A DNA stretch of 64,000 bases, taken from Callorhinchus milii. Taxonomy: Eukaryota. Where the stretch lies: positions 53,570,001 to 53,634,000 of the forward strand of contig NW_024704742.1 in NCBI RefSeq assembly GCF_018977255.1, written 5' to 3'. Of this stretch, positions 1 through 13,189 are shown piece by piece (within the stretch, counting starts at the first letter, position 1; every line of letters begins with the position of its first letter). The notes under the pieces were generated by a model, which saw nothing but the letters and a program-made list of their open reading frames with translations, was not told where the DNA came from and made no database searches. The position numbers were made by a program, and so were the translations under genes.

Positions 1-849
1 TGGCTGCCCCCCGGTGATGTTCTTGTGTTAGCATGGACATGATGCAGAACAGTGGAGTAAGAATAGGCAAACAACTGTATGTGAGATGACTTTAGAATGA
101 GTGGCTCAAGAGGTAATTTGGATTCATCTAAAAATCTAAACAATAACATATTGTTAACAGATACTCCTCAGGAATAACAAATTTAATAAAGTTTGAATGG
201 CTCAGTTTAATCCCTCTAATAATAATAATAATCCCTGCATTTGATATAGCGCTTTTCATATCTCTTAGACATCTCAAAGCGTCTCTAATTCCACAACTAC
301 CATAACATGCTTTTGGGACCATCTTTATGTTGAATTTAAAGCTAACATTGCTCCTGAAATAGATTGTGTTGGACAGCAGTTCATGTGGATCTGTGTGACA
401 TGCCTATGGTCAGCCGAGGAATCCTTAGTTGTGACTCACTACTCTTATCAGGAAATCTGGTTAGAAATTGTCATGTTTTATTTCAAACATAGCTTTAACT
501 CTCAGATATGCAGATTTATTGAAAACTATTTCAACCATTAATCAAATGTCTTGAAACATATCCTTTATTGTGAAGATCTTTTGATGTGAATCTTTCCAAA
601 GTGAAAGACTCTATGTAAAGAGTATTATTATCTGCCATTGGTTAGACTGTTTACCTAATGTGTCCCTTTGAATAACATTGATCACATTAAATCTGTTGTC
701 ATTATTTAATATATGCTGCAACATTTTGTTTTTAAATAATGTAATAATAATAATTCTTCCATTTGATGTAATACCTTTCACATCAGGAGGATGTCTCAGA
801 GATCTTCACAAGATATCCTGTAAAGTGTAACTGTAATTAAAAATTCCGC

Positions 850-1275
850 TATCGGCATACTCACCCGCGCTACACTGCGTACCCTTATCACGCCAATTCT
901 TGCCAGGCTCCACTGGCTCCCTATCACAGAATGGATTGACTTCAAGATCCCTGTACTCATCTACAAATCCCTTCACGAACCCCCCTACCTCTCCAACCTC
1001 CTTCCTTCCCACTCCACTATCCACTGCCTCTGCTCAGCCAGGTCCAGCCTTCTGTTTTTCCGCCACTATGCCCCGAAACATTGGAACTCTCTCCCTCAAT
1101 GCCTCTACCTTGCCCATTCCTTCCCCATTTTAAGATCAAGCCTGAAGATCTTCCTCTTCGACCTTGCCTACAGTCACCTTTTATTTTCCCCCAGCTCAGT
1201 GTCAGTCTCCATCTTTGTTGGCCGCTCCGAGACTCTATCCTGAAGTACGTTATATAAATGCAAGATGTTGTTGTC
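850..1275 (+). mobile_element. L2 LINE 3' fragment (degenerate)
   Basis: Encodes ITPILARLHWLPITEWIDFKIPVLIYKSLH, matching the L2 ORF2 C-terminal motif; ends in tatataaatgcaagatgttgttg tail. Confidence 0.85.
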
Positions 1276-2343
1276 ATGACTGTGTGTTTTGGGGGCATTA
1301 AGTAGTTGAATTGACTTCGTAACAGAGCTTATCCATTTCAATATAGGTTTAAAATTATTCCAAAAGGCATAATATACATTACACAGGTTTCAAAATGTTT
1401 TCCACACTTATGGCATTCTTTAATGTGTAGGTTACATTAAATACTTTCTATACCATTGCCTGAGTTCCTAATACGGTATGTCTTCATCTTTAAAATTACA
1501 AAGTTAAAAGCGACTTTGCTGCTTTTCCTGTGCTAATAGTACTGTAGTCATGACTCCTCTGGGCATGTGACTAGTAACCAGTTGCAGTCAAGGAACAGCT
1601 CAGACTTTAACAGGGATCAGAAACTGCTGAAACATATCCCAGAGGTGCGCAGCTGAACCTTGCTCTTCTACACTTGTCAGTTTAGAGACTGAATGCGCAC
1701 TTTCGCCACTGCTAATGAGACATCATATGATACAGTCAAGTTCTTGTGGTGCTAGACTCAGAACAAATTCTGCAGATTGTGAATCACACCAGCTAAGCTA
1801 CAAGTTACATTTACAAGAAGTGAATGTCCTACTAAAGTGTTTTTCTATCAGAATATAAAATGCAACCCGTTTTGTTTGTAGGATAGTTATAATAAAAATT
1901 GATGGTAGCTAAACCTAGATTTCATTTAGTTTCGAACATTAATATAAATAATATGCTTCAGCACAGACTTTTTCCTCCGTCATGTGAGTGTTCCACAGCA
2001 AACCCTTAAGTAACATTAGAGAGAGTCTCGCTGCTGTAAAATCTCAAGTCTACCATGTGCTTTGCCCTGTGAAAATATTGCAACCATTATCTTGTGGCAC
2101 TTTGCACAACTAATGCCTGGTTGCACTAATAATGCTGTTGAGGTGAATCTGGTATTGAAAATAGTGGTATAAAATGGATGATGAATGTTGGAATCTGGAA
2201 GCAAATCGTGCTGGAGCCTGGCTGTCAATAGCACCTCAATGAAATGAATTTGACAGCACCTTGATTCAGTTAAGCATGTAATTGGAACATCACACAGAAA
2301 TTGTTGGGTGGTCCAAAAGAACATTATGTATCAATTGTAGCGT

Positions 2344-2895
2344 AGTCCTGTAGCTCAGTGGTTAGTGCACTCACCTCGCAAGCGAGGAACCTGGGTTCAA
2401 TTCCTGGCAGGTCAGAGTGTAAGTTTCCTTACTCCACATGCCTCTGTTTACCTAGCAGTAAGTAGGAACCTACTTAGTCGATTGATGGATCGCTTTTCCG
2501 GGAGTTATAATTCCTTTAAAAAAATTCCAGGCAGTTGGTTGTTGCATTCCGCCAACAAAACACACGTTATATTTGCTCTCAATAGCTGGTACTTTCTCCC
2601 TTAACAATAATGAGATGTTAAACTGAAGTTCCGGCTTCCTGTCCAGATGGATGTTAATGATCTCATTGGCACTATTTGAAAAGAGAGTTTCTCCTGTTGT
2701 CCTGGCCCAAACTCTTCCAATTGGTTTCTCATTCCAAGGATGTTTGTGGGACATTGCTATGGGCAAATTGGCAGCCACCTTTTCCCACAAAGTACACACA
2801 GTCAATTCACTTTACAATATATTGTGTGAAGCGCTTTGAGATGTCTTGAAGACATGAAAGGAACTATATCAAATGCAAAGGTTAGTATTATTACT
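2344..2895 (+). mobile_element. tRNA/CORE-type SINE 5' half followed by a Deu-domain SINE 3' half
   Basis: agtcctgtagctcagtggttag...gggttcaattcc A/B boxes and the cctctgtttacctagcagtaagtagg segment; from ~2630 Deu motifs (gatgttaa..ggcactatttgaaaagag..gtcctggcc) and an L2-type tail. Confidence 0.75.
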
Positions 2896-4469
2896 ACAAT
2901 GCTGGATGTTTAAGTAGCATTTTAAAATAACAATTTGGACACATACATCGCCTTATGCATAGAGTACTGTCTTGAAGTGTTTTACAGAGACACCCAGCAA
3001 AGAGGGTGGGATAAGAGGTAGGTGACATAGGACCAATTAAAAAGATAGGTTTTTAGGAGATTTTTAATGATAGAGAAAAGGTGAGGCAGAGGGATTTAGG
3101 AAGGGTGTTCCAGAGATTAGAGGCAATAATACTAAGGCCCTAATACTAATTTTGGAGTACATGTTGTTATTGTTGTGATATTGCTGTGCTATGAGCAATA
3201 TAAACTGAGCATAATTTGTAATTCGGCTAAGATTTTGACATTTAAGAACATTTCACTCTAGTAAAATGGGCACTAGTTATTAAGGGTGTATCAGCATAAC
3301 AAGTTAAAATAAATGACATTTATAAAATAATAAACCACATGTGGTAAATCTAAGGTTACACTGAGATCGTCGAGCGGAAAAATTAATCCTCTTCAATTTT
3401 CAAGGACAGATTATCCTTGGACAACTAAGTAGGGGACTGATGAAAAATGTTGACATGTTCCTGAGATTCCTGGCCATTCTATTTGCTTCTGTCGCTTCAT
3501 GGAATTAAACTCTTTTACTGACTGAAAAATCAAAACCATCCCTATTCTCTATCCAATAATTTAGCAGCCGCTGTTTCTTCAGTGGAATGATTTGCACACC
3601 CTTTCAGTAAATAGGTTTTTCACCTTTCTGCGACAGTCCTGTGCTGTCATTGGAAACAATTAATAACAGTGCAGAGACAGATTAACTGAACGTGATTACA
3701 ATTCTAACAAATCAGGAAATGGCCGAGCTATACTGCAACTGAGAATTACTTGAAGCAGCAGCAGTCGGAGGTCCTGTGAATTGATAAATGCAATATCAAA
3801 ATAAACAAAACTCCAAAGAAACGCACAAAACACACAAACTGTATAAAAAAGAAGTAATATCTCAAGAAGTAAAATGTAACCCCTCAAGACTGTGAGCATG
3901 TTTGTGAACCCAGATACTGTGTTTAGGTACATTTGAAAATCATCACAAAACAACAGAGAAGCTTGAAGTAAGAAATGATTTCGAGTCAAGATTTTATATA
4001 TTTCGATAGCCTTAAGCCCAAGAAACAATGTGCAAAATATTAGTTTGTCTCACTCTCCAATTACATCTTGTCAAATGTTGAATACCTACATTATTTGTGA
4101 CATTATCTACACCTAGCTAGAGCAAGCAATAACAACTTTCAATCCTATTTATGTTAAGTATTAAGCCACTGAACGTTTCTTGATAGGAACAGGGAGGGAG
4201 AAATACAATATTTATTACTGTACATAAAAGGCCACGTTAGAATTCATATGCAATATTGATTCGGTGACAATTAACTGATTTTAATAACACGTGTTAAAGA
4301 TTATTTGTGTAGTTTTTGACTGGACTTTTCTTTTGCAAAAATACAGAACGGTAAAGTGGTGTTAAATATATGCACAGGGAATGGTGTGCAGTGATGGCTG
4401 TATGGACTGATGGGGGTCAGCAGAGTACATTAGGTCAGAGAATTGCTTGATTACTTGAGCATTGCTTAC

Positions 4470-4590
4470 CAATTGACTGTTGCCTCTGGGTTTGAAGATT
4501 GTGGGTTCAGGACTCACACTGGGATTATTCTGAGTTTACACACAGCTCGAGTTAACACTCCAGTGCAGTACTAAGGGAGTGCTTCATTGA
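4470..4590 (+). mobile_element. Old Deu-type SINE 5' fragment (SacSINE1-like)
   Basis: gcctctgggtttgaagattgtgggttcagg...acactccagtgcagtactaagggagtgc matches the heads of copies at 17.4 and 54.4 kb. Confidence 0.65.
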
Positions 4591-4639
4591 TGAACATCAA
4601 TACAGATAAAAACAAGATATAAAAGAAGGTTATGCGAGA

Positions 4640-4755
4640 AGGCTTAGTTGAGGAAGGGCAGGAGGAGGCTCAGGTGGAGCATAAACACCGGCAACACCAG
4701 TTGGGCCGAATCGCCTGTTTCTGTGCTCTATCTTCCAATGTATTCTAATGTAAAA
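4640..4755 (+). mobile_element. CR1-type 3' tail fragment
   Basis: ggagcataaacaccggc..ccagttgggccgaatcgcctgtttctgtgc; the same family occurs at ~6800-6950 (-) and ~42080-42200 (+). Confidence 0.65.
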
Positions 4756-4840
4756 GATTCTGTATATAGGAAGTAAGACTTGGAGGCACATGTAGTCCTT
4801 CAAGGGCATAGTACTTGCCAAGGGGAAACTTGAAAGAGAT

Positions 4841-5161
4841 GTGGAGTCCTGTACCTCAGTGGTTAGAGCACTCGCTTTGCAAGTGAGAGACCTGAGTTCA
4901 ATTCCAGGCAGGGCAAAACCTTGGGCAAGTTTCCTTACTCCACACGCCTAATAATAATCCCTCCAAAAAAAAACAATAATAAATTGGTCATTTTCAATCT
5001 ACGACTGTTTGTGGGACATTGCTGTGCACAATTGGCTGCCGCGTTCGCCCACAAATATACAGTCAATTCACTTTACAGTGTGTTCTGTGAAGCGCTTTGG
5101 GACGTCCTCCCGACGTGAAAAGCGCTATATCAAATGCAAGGATTATTATTATTATTATTAT
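4841..5161 (+). mobile_element. Young tRNA-Ala/CORE/Deu/L2-tail SINE, short subfamily, full length
   Basis: gtggagtcctgt... tRNA head, ccttgggcaagtttcctt, ctgtttgtgggacattgctgtgc..ggctgccgcgttc, stem-loop gcgctttgggacgtcctcccgacgtgaaaagcgc, (TTA)n tail; near-identical to 58266 and 54965. Confidence 0.95.
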
Positions 5162-5830
5162 CTCACCATGTCAAATCAGTGTGAGGCAGCAATAAACAAG
5201 GTAATCAGGATCCTGGGTAAAATTACCAAATTAATTGAGTTCAGATGCCCAGAATTCACACTCAAGCTGTACAGTGCTTTTGGCTACACCTGGATTACTA
5301 TGTACAGTTCTGGTTGCTGTGACCTGATAGAGCTTCCTAAATCCTAGAATCGGTGTAGAGTAGAATGAGAATGATCACTGCTGACAGAGGAATGAGCAAC
5401 AAATAATTAGCAATCAAAGACTTGAAAAGAGATGTTTTAGAAGGGATCTTATAGAAATATACAAGATTTTAAAAGGGATTGATAAAGTAAACACAGAACA
5501 GTGCATTTGGGTATAGAGACAGCAAAACATGAGGACAGAAGTTTAGGGCAAAGAGCAATTTCAGAACAGATACCAGGAATTCTATAACCTTCGGTCACCC
5601 TCTTATCCCTATCTTCCCTGTCCTCCACCCCACCTGATGGGAAAGGCATTATACAAATATAATTTGTTCTTGTTGTAATTTATATCTGGAATAGGGTACC
5701 AGGAAGGGTGGTTGAAACCAGGATGGTGGAATCATTTAAAAAAAACAGCTTGATGCTATGATGCAAAGACAGTAGGTTAAATATTCTGCAAGGATGAGAT
5801 CAAATGGGCCAAAGAGCCTTTTTCATCTGA
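5162..5830 (+). mobile_element. Old CR1 LINE 3' fragment (host of the SINE at 4841 and of an L2 tail at ~5590-5675)
   Basis: LTMSNQCEAAINKVIRILGKITKLIEF...LKLYSA and WNRVPGRVVE...SFKK resemble the CR1 ORF2 C-terminus. Confidence 0.7.
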
Positions 5831-8377
5831 ACCTCTCTTGGGATCTTGTGAAGTGCTGCACTTCAGATGGACTGGCCTGTGGGTGTGTGTGGGGTGGGGG
5901 GGATGTTAAAGATCACAAAACATTACCTCTCCTGAACTCCTGGTCTCTAGAACAATCCTCCAGATAAATGGTGAATCACTTCATTTTCTGTTTGCGGGAA
6001 CTTGCTGCGAAAAGTCAGTACACTTGACAGCAATTACCTGTGAGTTTCACTGTTAAGTGATCGGATCTGATGCAGGTATGGCATAGGGTAGGAAAGCCAG
6101 AGACACAGAAAGATTATGTGTGTGTGAGAGAGACAGAGAGTCAGAAATATAAAGAAAGGGAGTCACAGAAATAAAAAGGCACTGTGGGGATAGAGGCTGA
6201 AAATAAGAAGGACTGGCAATGAGAGAGAATGTCATGAAAAGATGGGAGAGAAAATCAGTCAGATGTAGCGGTGCACATGGAGAAAGACAGAGATGACACA
6301 CTGTGGACGTTTGATTAGTGTTGTATTTTGCATGATGACTTGATATCTTTACAGTTTTCGTATTCCTAAGGGGGTCGGTCTACATTTAATGTAATACCGG
6401 GCTTTCTACTATATGTTTACTTATGATTTGAATTCGTAAAAAAATCATATTCATGTGTGAAGTGATATCTATGGTGACCTTATGACAAAATAAATCGCTA
6501 AAGATCGGAAAAACTAAAGTTAAAATAAACATTGATGTTAATAAATAAAATGATGTCAAACATTATGAAAAATAAAAATCGAATACTAGCATGCCTATGT
6601 ATGTACGTTGGATGATTTTGTTTCACAACGGGGTTCAGGGTTCCACTTTATGTTGTTTTCCTCTCTAGAGCTGAAAATATAGTTATGGATATGATCTTAT
6701 CAGAAAGTGATTAATGTCATGTCATCCTGGGTATGATAAAATCAATGTACCACCCTGACACTGCCTCCTTATGCAAAGGTGTTACATAGAGTGATATGGT
6801 AAAGAAACAAGCCATTTGGCCCAACTAGTCCATGCTGGGGTTTGTACTCCACACAAGCTCTCACCTCTCCTATTCTCTCCTATTCTGCTCTTCTATACTC
6901 TCATGCGTGCATCAAGTTTTCTCTTAAATATGTTGATGCTTTTTGCTTCAACCACAACTATGGCATTGAGATCTATATTCCCATCACTCTATGTTACATT
7001 ATCACCTCCCTCAGAGACTCAGGACAGGGAAAAGAAGTTTTTTAATGCAATAAAATATTAAAATGCTTAGCAGAGTAAGGGAAGCATAATAATTCACTGA
7101 AGCAATTGAAGTTAACAATGTATTGCATCTCTAGACAATTCTAGAGAAATGGAAGAAAAGCTATTACAGTAAATGGAAGAGGATTAAAGAAAGAACCAGA
7201 AAAGAATTGAATGAAAGATTGATTTCAACTGAACATATCATGTGTGAAAGAATATTAAATTATGAAATAAAAGATATTAAATATTAAATACAGAGCATTT
7301 AATAAATTTAATAAAATGTAATAAAAGTATGACTCACTGATAACTTCGAATTTAATCTTTCAATGGACTAGTGTGCGCCTTCAGAATACAGTGACTATAC
7401 TTTACAGTGAATCTTGTGAAGCGCTTTGGGATGTCCTCCTGATGTGAAAACGCTATATCACTTGCAAGGATTATTATTATAATTTAATATTACTAAACCA
7501 AGTAGATTGGAGTCAGTGCATTATATATCCCTGCCTTTCCATTGTATTTCTGTCAGAACAATTATTAAAGATTTGTGGTTGGGGGATTTTAGCAATTGTT
7601 TCCATTTCAATGGAAATGGTGTAAAAAATTGACATGTGATGTGCTAATTATCACTAGAGATATTATTACATTGCAATGTTTGAATACAACATTTTGCCCA
7701 CAAATATACAGTCAATTCACTTTATAATCTATTTTGTGAGGCACTTTGAGACCTCTAGAAGACATGAAAAGTGCTATATCAAATGCAAGGATTATTATTA
7801 TTATTAATAATATATATCCTCAGCTGCCATTGAAAATTGATATCCCATGAATTTTAGTGCCAGTTCTCAGGCTACCGTCTAAACTCAGAATTAGTAATTT
7901 GCAGGGGTATGGGGAAAGGGCAAATGACTGATGGATTGCTCGTTCAATGAAATCAGACAGACATAATGGGCTGAATGGTCATCTTCTGCACTGTAAATTT
8001 CTACGGTTCTATAGGTGATAATGTAATCCTTTAAATTGGTTGTTGATTACAAAATAAAAGGCAAAGGCACCTTATGTGTCATCACATACTTAACCTGAAT
8101 CACAAATTATGTGTAAAATTGTGAACCCATCCTGCAAATTAGACCACAAATTAAAAGGTGATGTTGATAATTTGATCACTGTTAATCTGTAAAGGATCGA
8201 GCGGCCTTATCCACAGTGCTCAAATAGTTAAATCTGTAGAAGAATTTGCAAACGCACTTTCTTGTAATCCTAAACACTAACATACCATTTTACACAAGAG
8301 GACGAGTTGACATGAACAGTTTCTGCTCATTAGGAATCATCTACATATTATTTGTAACTTAGAAGAGGTTCTATGAT

Positions 8378-8610
8378 TAATAATAATAACCTTCAATTTG
8401 ATATAAGGCCTTATCATGTTAAAACATCTCAAAGTGCTTTAGAGAATTTACTGTAAAGTGTAGTGATTGTGTACAGTATTTAAAGGTGAACATAGCAGTC
8501 ACTTTTCATGGCTGTTTGTGGGACAGCAATGTTCTACAAACAGCCATGCAATGAATGAGCAATTTTATCAAGAGGGTTGTTGCCAAGGAGACCTGGAGAA
8601 ATCCCTTTAT
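8378..8610 (-). mobile_element. Old Deu-type SINE 3' half
   Basis: (TAA)n, reverse L2-type tail and cagcaatgttctacaaacagccatg (reverse Deu 3' motif). Confidence 0.6.
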
Positions 8611-9574
8611 CTTTTTGTAGGTGAGGAGAGACTAGAAATTAATCTATACATAAATTTGCAATGTTATATATACTCTTGCACCTTTACAATTTCAATAACT
8701 CTTAGTGCAGCAATGTGTTTATTGTTCAGTATATCTGTTTATATGCTTGTATTCAAAGAACTGATTCAATCAATTGTTTTCATATGAGTATATTAATTTA
8801 AAATGCCAGGTATGCTGATTTCTGTCACTGTATCAGATCTGTACATCAAATTTTCTCTGACAATGCTGAAAGTCAAACTGCTGAACCAAACGTTCAAGAG
8901 GAATGACTGAAGCACAGAATGACAATTAACTTGCACCTGAATAGTTCCTGGCGTATGTGGTATCTAGAGATTTCTGGAATAAAAAATCAGCAGTTTCATG
9001 GGATTGTGCACAGGAGCTCAATTTTAAATTTTAAAACCAAAGCAAAAATGTACTACTATATATCAAATATTAGCAAACATGAAAACATTTGAAACTGCAT
9101 TGTAGATAGTCTCAGAAAGTATTTTAAAAAATTCTGCTACTAAATCGAAGATTCTCAGATTATTTATACTGCTTTCCTAGATCCATGCTATCTGTTAAAT
9201 GTTGCACTCTACTGCAGTTGACCTTGTGCACTGAACAAAGAGTGTACATCAAATTTTATCATTGAACCTAGCTTCGAATTATCTTGCCGAACATTTCTAA
9301 ATCTTTTATAATGAGAGAGGGGTAAACGTGGAAGACAGGAAATTATGTTTGATAGAATAAACTCTATTACGCTAAATGTGTCTTTTTGTTACATCTTTGC
9401 TAATTATTATTCAGCCTTTGGGAAAGGTTGCAGATAGTTAAATACATTGGGCAAGTGCGGGTATGCGTTCTCCATACGACCATTTAATCTAATAACGTAA
9501 CAAATAAAGATTTGTCTTCAGATCTTTAATCTGAAGATAAAAATCTGCAATGGGATTTGTTGTTAATTTGTACT

Positions 9575-9975
9575 ACAGTTGTGAGAAGTTGTGAGTTCAA
9601 GCTCCAAGTTGGGACTTTGAGCTCACTGTCTCGGCTGGCACTCCAATGCAGTAATGGGAGAATGTGGCATTGTCAGAAGTGTTGTCCTTTGAATAATGTG
9701 CTAAATCAAATTTCTGTCTGCTTGTTTAAGTGGACATCAAAGGTTTCCCCATGGCATTACTGTATTTGAAAAGAGAAAGGAATTTCTTCCATTGTGCTGA
9801 CTGACAATCCTCCCGGAAAATTGATCATTCAGCTCATGGCTGTTTGTAGGACATGATGTGCACAAATTGGCTGCTGTGTTTGCCTACAAATACACAGTTA
9901 ATGCATTTGGCAGTGATTGCCCGTGAAATGCTTTGGGACACTTTGAAGTTACATCAAAGGCAAAGATTATTACTA
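9575..9975 (+). mobile_element. Old full Deu-domain SINE (SacSINE1-like)
   Basis: gaagttgtgagttcaag head, gtggacatcaaagg..cccatggcattac..gaaaagagaaaggaattt core, tgtgcacaaattggctgctgtgtt, tail. Confidence 0.75.
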
Positions 9976-10048
9976 TAAATGTTTACCAATATAGAAAAAC
10001 CGAATTTCAAAAATGAAATAATCAATAATTAATGTAGTACTACTACTT

Positions 10049-10316
10049 GTGGAGTCCTGTAGCTCAGTGGTTAGAGCACTCGCCTTGAAAGCGAGACACC
10101 TGGGTTCAATTCCAGGCAGGGCGAAACCTTGGGCAAGTTTCCTTACTCCACACGACTAATAATAATCCCTCCAAAACAAAACAATAATAAATTGGTCATT
10201 TTCAATCCATGACTGTTTGTGGGACACTGCTGTGCACAATTGGCTGCCGCATTTCACCCACAAATATACGGTCAATTCACTTTACAGTCTATTCTGTGAA
10301 GTACTTTGAGACGTCA
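10049..10316 (+). mobile_element. tRNA/CORE/Deu SINE, short subfamily, 3'-truncated
   Basis: Complete tRNA head and body; stops at gagacgtc within the tail stem-loop. Confidence 0.92.
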
Positions 10317-10359
10317 AGAATTAATAATTATTATTAATAATCCTATAATAATGTAATAA

Positions 10360-10590
10360 TAATATAATAATAATAATCCTTGCATTTGATATAGCACTTT
10401 TCACGTCTTCTAGATGTCCCAAAGACTGTATATTTGTGGGCGCCTTATCATGTCTTCAACATGCCTCAAAACATTTCACAGAATATATTGTGAAGTGAAT
10501 TGACTGTGTATTTTGTGGGCAAAACACGACAGCTAAATGCGCACAGCAATCTCCCACAGTCAGGATTGAAATGACCGAACTATTATTGTT
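10360..10590 (-). mobile_element. Two stacked SINE 3' fragments, tail-to-tail with the 10049 copy
   Basis: (TAA)n atccttgcatttgatatagc, then a second tail and body in reverse orientation. Confidence 0.8.
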
Positions 10591-11361
10591 ATTTTGGCAT
10601 TCATAGATGCTACAGAAATGTTGTTTATTTCAATATAACTAAGAATAATATCTGTAATAAACCAAATATAATAATAAAACTACTAAATGATACATCCCGT
10701 ATCATTGAGATGGCTCTTCTAAGTGACTGCAATGTACAAATTAAGGAACTAGAGAACATTACAAACCATGTTTACCTACAAATTGAATGTCTTGTAATGC
10801 CACATGCATCACATTATTAATCATTGGGGATTTCAAAATAATAAATTTGCTATCATAATCTTGGGGAGGTTTTTGTATTCTGGGATCCCTGTTAGGAGTC
10901 TACTTGCCACAGTGCTAAGATTGATTGATAGTGCTGTAAAGAGAGAAAATGAAGAACAAAAAAGAAACAAAGCAAATCAAAGAAAAATGTTGAAAAGTGG
11001 AAAGAAATCAGAAATGAAATCAGAGAGATACAAAGTGGAAAAGAAAGCAGAAAGTAAAATGAAACAAAGGTTGAAATGAAATAGGTTGGATTGAAGCCAG
11101 ATATCACCTCTCAATAATACCGATTTGAATATATCCAACTAGGTAGAACAATCATATGTTTAGATTTGTGCTGGTGATAGTGGTATTATAGAAATAACAA
11201 TGTGTTTACTAACTGAATCAGTGAACAAGTAAAATCCATAAAAAAATATTGTGCACTGAACAGCGCAATTCCTCTTTAACTCAGCATGGGATTAGTATAA
11301 TAAACATATCCTCAAAGCCCCTCTGAATCTTTTTTAATATATGCCTTTTGTAACACCCTTA

Positions 11362-11835
11362 TACATAGAAGCTTAGAATATTACAGCACAGAAGGAAGCC
11401 ATTCGGCCCATCGTTCCTGTGCCGGTTCTTTGGAAGATCTACCCAATCAGTCCCACTCCCCTGCTCTTTCCCCAGATCCCTGCAATTTTTTTTCTTTTTT
11501 CTTTTTCAAGTATCTATCTAATTCCCTTTCGAAAGTTGATATTGAATCTGTTTCCACCACGCATTCCAGACTGTAACAACTGTCTGTGTAAAAACAATTC
11601 TCCTCATCTCCCCTCTGGTTCATTTGCCAATTATCTTCAATCTATGTGCCCTGGTTACTGACCCACCTGCCAGTGGAAATAGTTTCTCCCTATCTACTCT
11701 ATCAAAACCCCTCATAGTTTTGAATACCTCTATTAAATCTCCCCGTAACCTTCTCTGCTCTAAAGAGAACAATCCCAGCTTCTCTAGTCTCTCCACATAA
11801 TTAAAGTCCCTCATCCCTGGTACCATTCTGGTAAA
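11362..11835 (-). mobile_element. CR1 LINE 3' end
   Basis: ORF 11620-11826 MVPGMRDFNYVERLEKLGLFSLEQRRLRGDLIEVFK (CR1 ORF2 C-terminus) plus 3' UTR gggccgaatggcttccttctgtgctgta. Confidence 0.92.
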
Positions 11836-11899
11836 TGTACATATTAATAAATGATAGATGAACGGAAGTGTGACATAGAGAGTATCGAAATACCATTAG

Positions 11900-12510
11900 A
11901 GGATGAATATTATGCGAGTGCAGTGTTGTGGCCAAAATGATGTGTCTATTGACTGATACAAATTCGATATCAGAAAACAAGGGCCAATGGAACAATATTT
12001 TACTGTACTAAGATCATTCAGCAAGTCATATCATTATGGTGAACTGTCAGAAGAAATGATTAAGGACCAAATAATCATCGGAATTGAGAGAGCAAAATGA
12101 AGAGCAAGAGAGGTAGTTTATTGGCACCGCATTAATAGTCAAATAGAGGATTATATTCAACTATTGGACTCTATTGGAAAATGCAAAACATGTGCCAGAT
12201 ATCAAAACCAGGAGAGACATGAGTATATCATGTGGCAGGAGAGACCAGTCCCACCACGGATATAAGTGGGAACTGATTTATTCTATTACAAGGAAAATGA
12301 CTACCTCACAGTAATGGACAACACATCAAGATATTTTGAATATGCAGAACCAAAGGACACGACTGCAGAAATGGTAATCAATCATGCCAATGACACGTTT
12401 GTGCTGTATGGAATATCCAAGGCTATAATTAGTGGAAATGGACCACAATTCACAAGTGAGGAATACAGAAAATTCATAAAGAGATGGGAGATTGAATACA
12501 GGATATCCAC
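11900..12510 (+). mobile_element. Ty3/Gypsy LTR retrotransposon relic: gag fragment joined to integrase
   Basis: Translation YKFDIRKQG...YGELSEEMIKDQIIIGI (gag-like), then ERAK*RAREVVYW..IN..IEDYI...CKTC (integrase Zn-finger), then GTDLF...YL...D..SRYFE...YGIS..IISGNGPQFTSEEYRKFIKRW (rve core). Confidence 0.85.
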
Positions 12511-12749
12511 AGAGCAAATTGGTCCAGTTATGGTTGTCGGATTGCTTTTTGAGTTGAGACCAAATAAAATGAATAAGGTGCCCATAATTTGGAGTATGTC
12601 TTATTCCAGAGGGATTTTCTTTTCACACTTTTTCAGCACAACACCCAAAGACACTTCTTTTTGACAAGCTAACTGGTTGGCAACTGATCCGCGTTTTCTG
12701 AGTTGTTGCCATGGTGACAATGCTGAGACCAGTCACACAATTATTACGA

Positions 12750-13000
12750 ATAAGCATGAGGACTTGAATACGTGAGTTAAATGACTCAGATCTGCACAAG
12801 TCTTATTCAAGTTCTGGTAAAGCCTCACCTGGAGCAGAACTGATAACCTGCTGCCAAGCAATGTGATAGAAGCTGCAGAACTGTATACAGTCCTGGTCAC
12901 TGCAACATAAGGGGGCTGCCCAGCACTAGGTAGGCAGTGCAGAGCAGAGCAATGAAGGTGATCACCAGTGTTAAAGGAATGAGATATGAGCAACTATTAG
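12750..13000 (+). mobile_element. Old CR1 ORF2 fragment
   Basis: ctggtaaagcctcacctggag (LVKPHLE), cagtcctggtca (QSWS), gtgcagagcagagca (VQSRA), aaaggaatgagatatgag (KGMRYE). Confidence 0.6.
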
Positions 13001-13189
13001 CAAATGAAGCATAACTAGGCAAAAAACAGACAATGTTTTCAAGAGGATTTCTTGACCCCACCACACACACACACACACGCACCTCCTGCTGGGCTCCCGG
13101 ACAGCTCTGAGAACTACTGTTAAACACCCTCCTGACATGAAAGGCACCGTTTAAAGTAAAATTGTTGTTGTTGCTGTCACTCATATAAT

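Noticed and set aside
12820..12835. Minus-strand consensus splice donor (ctcacctg)
   Set aside because: It lies within the plus-strand CR1 fragment encoding LVKPHLE.
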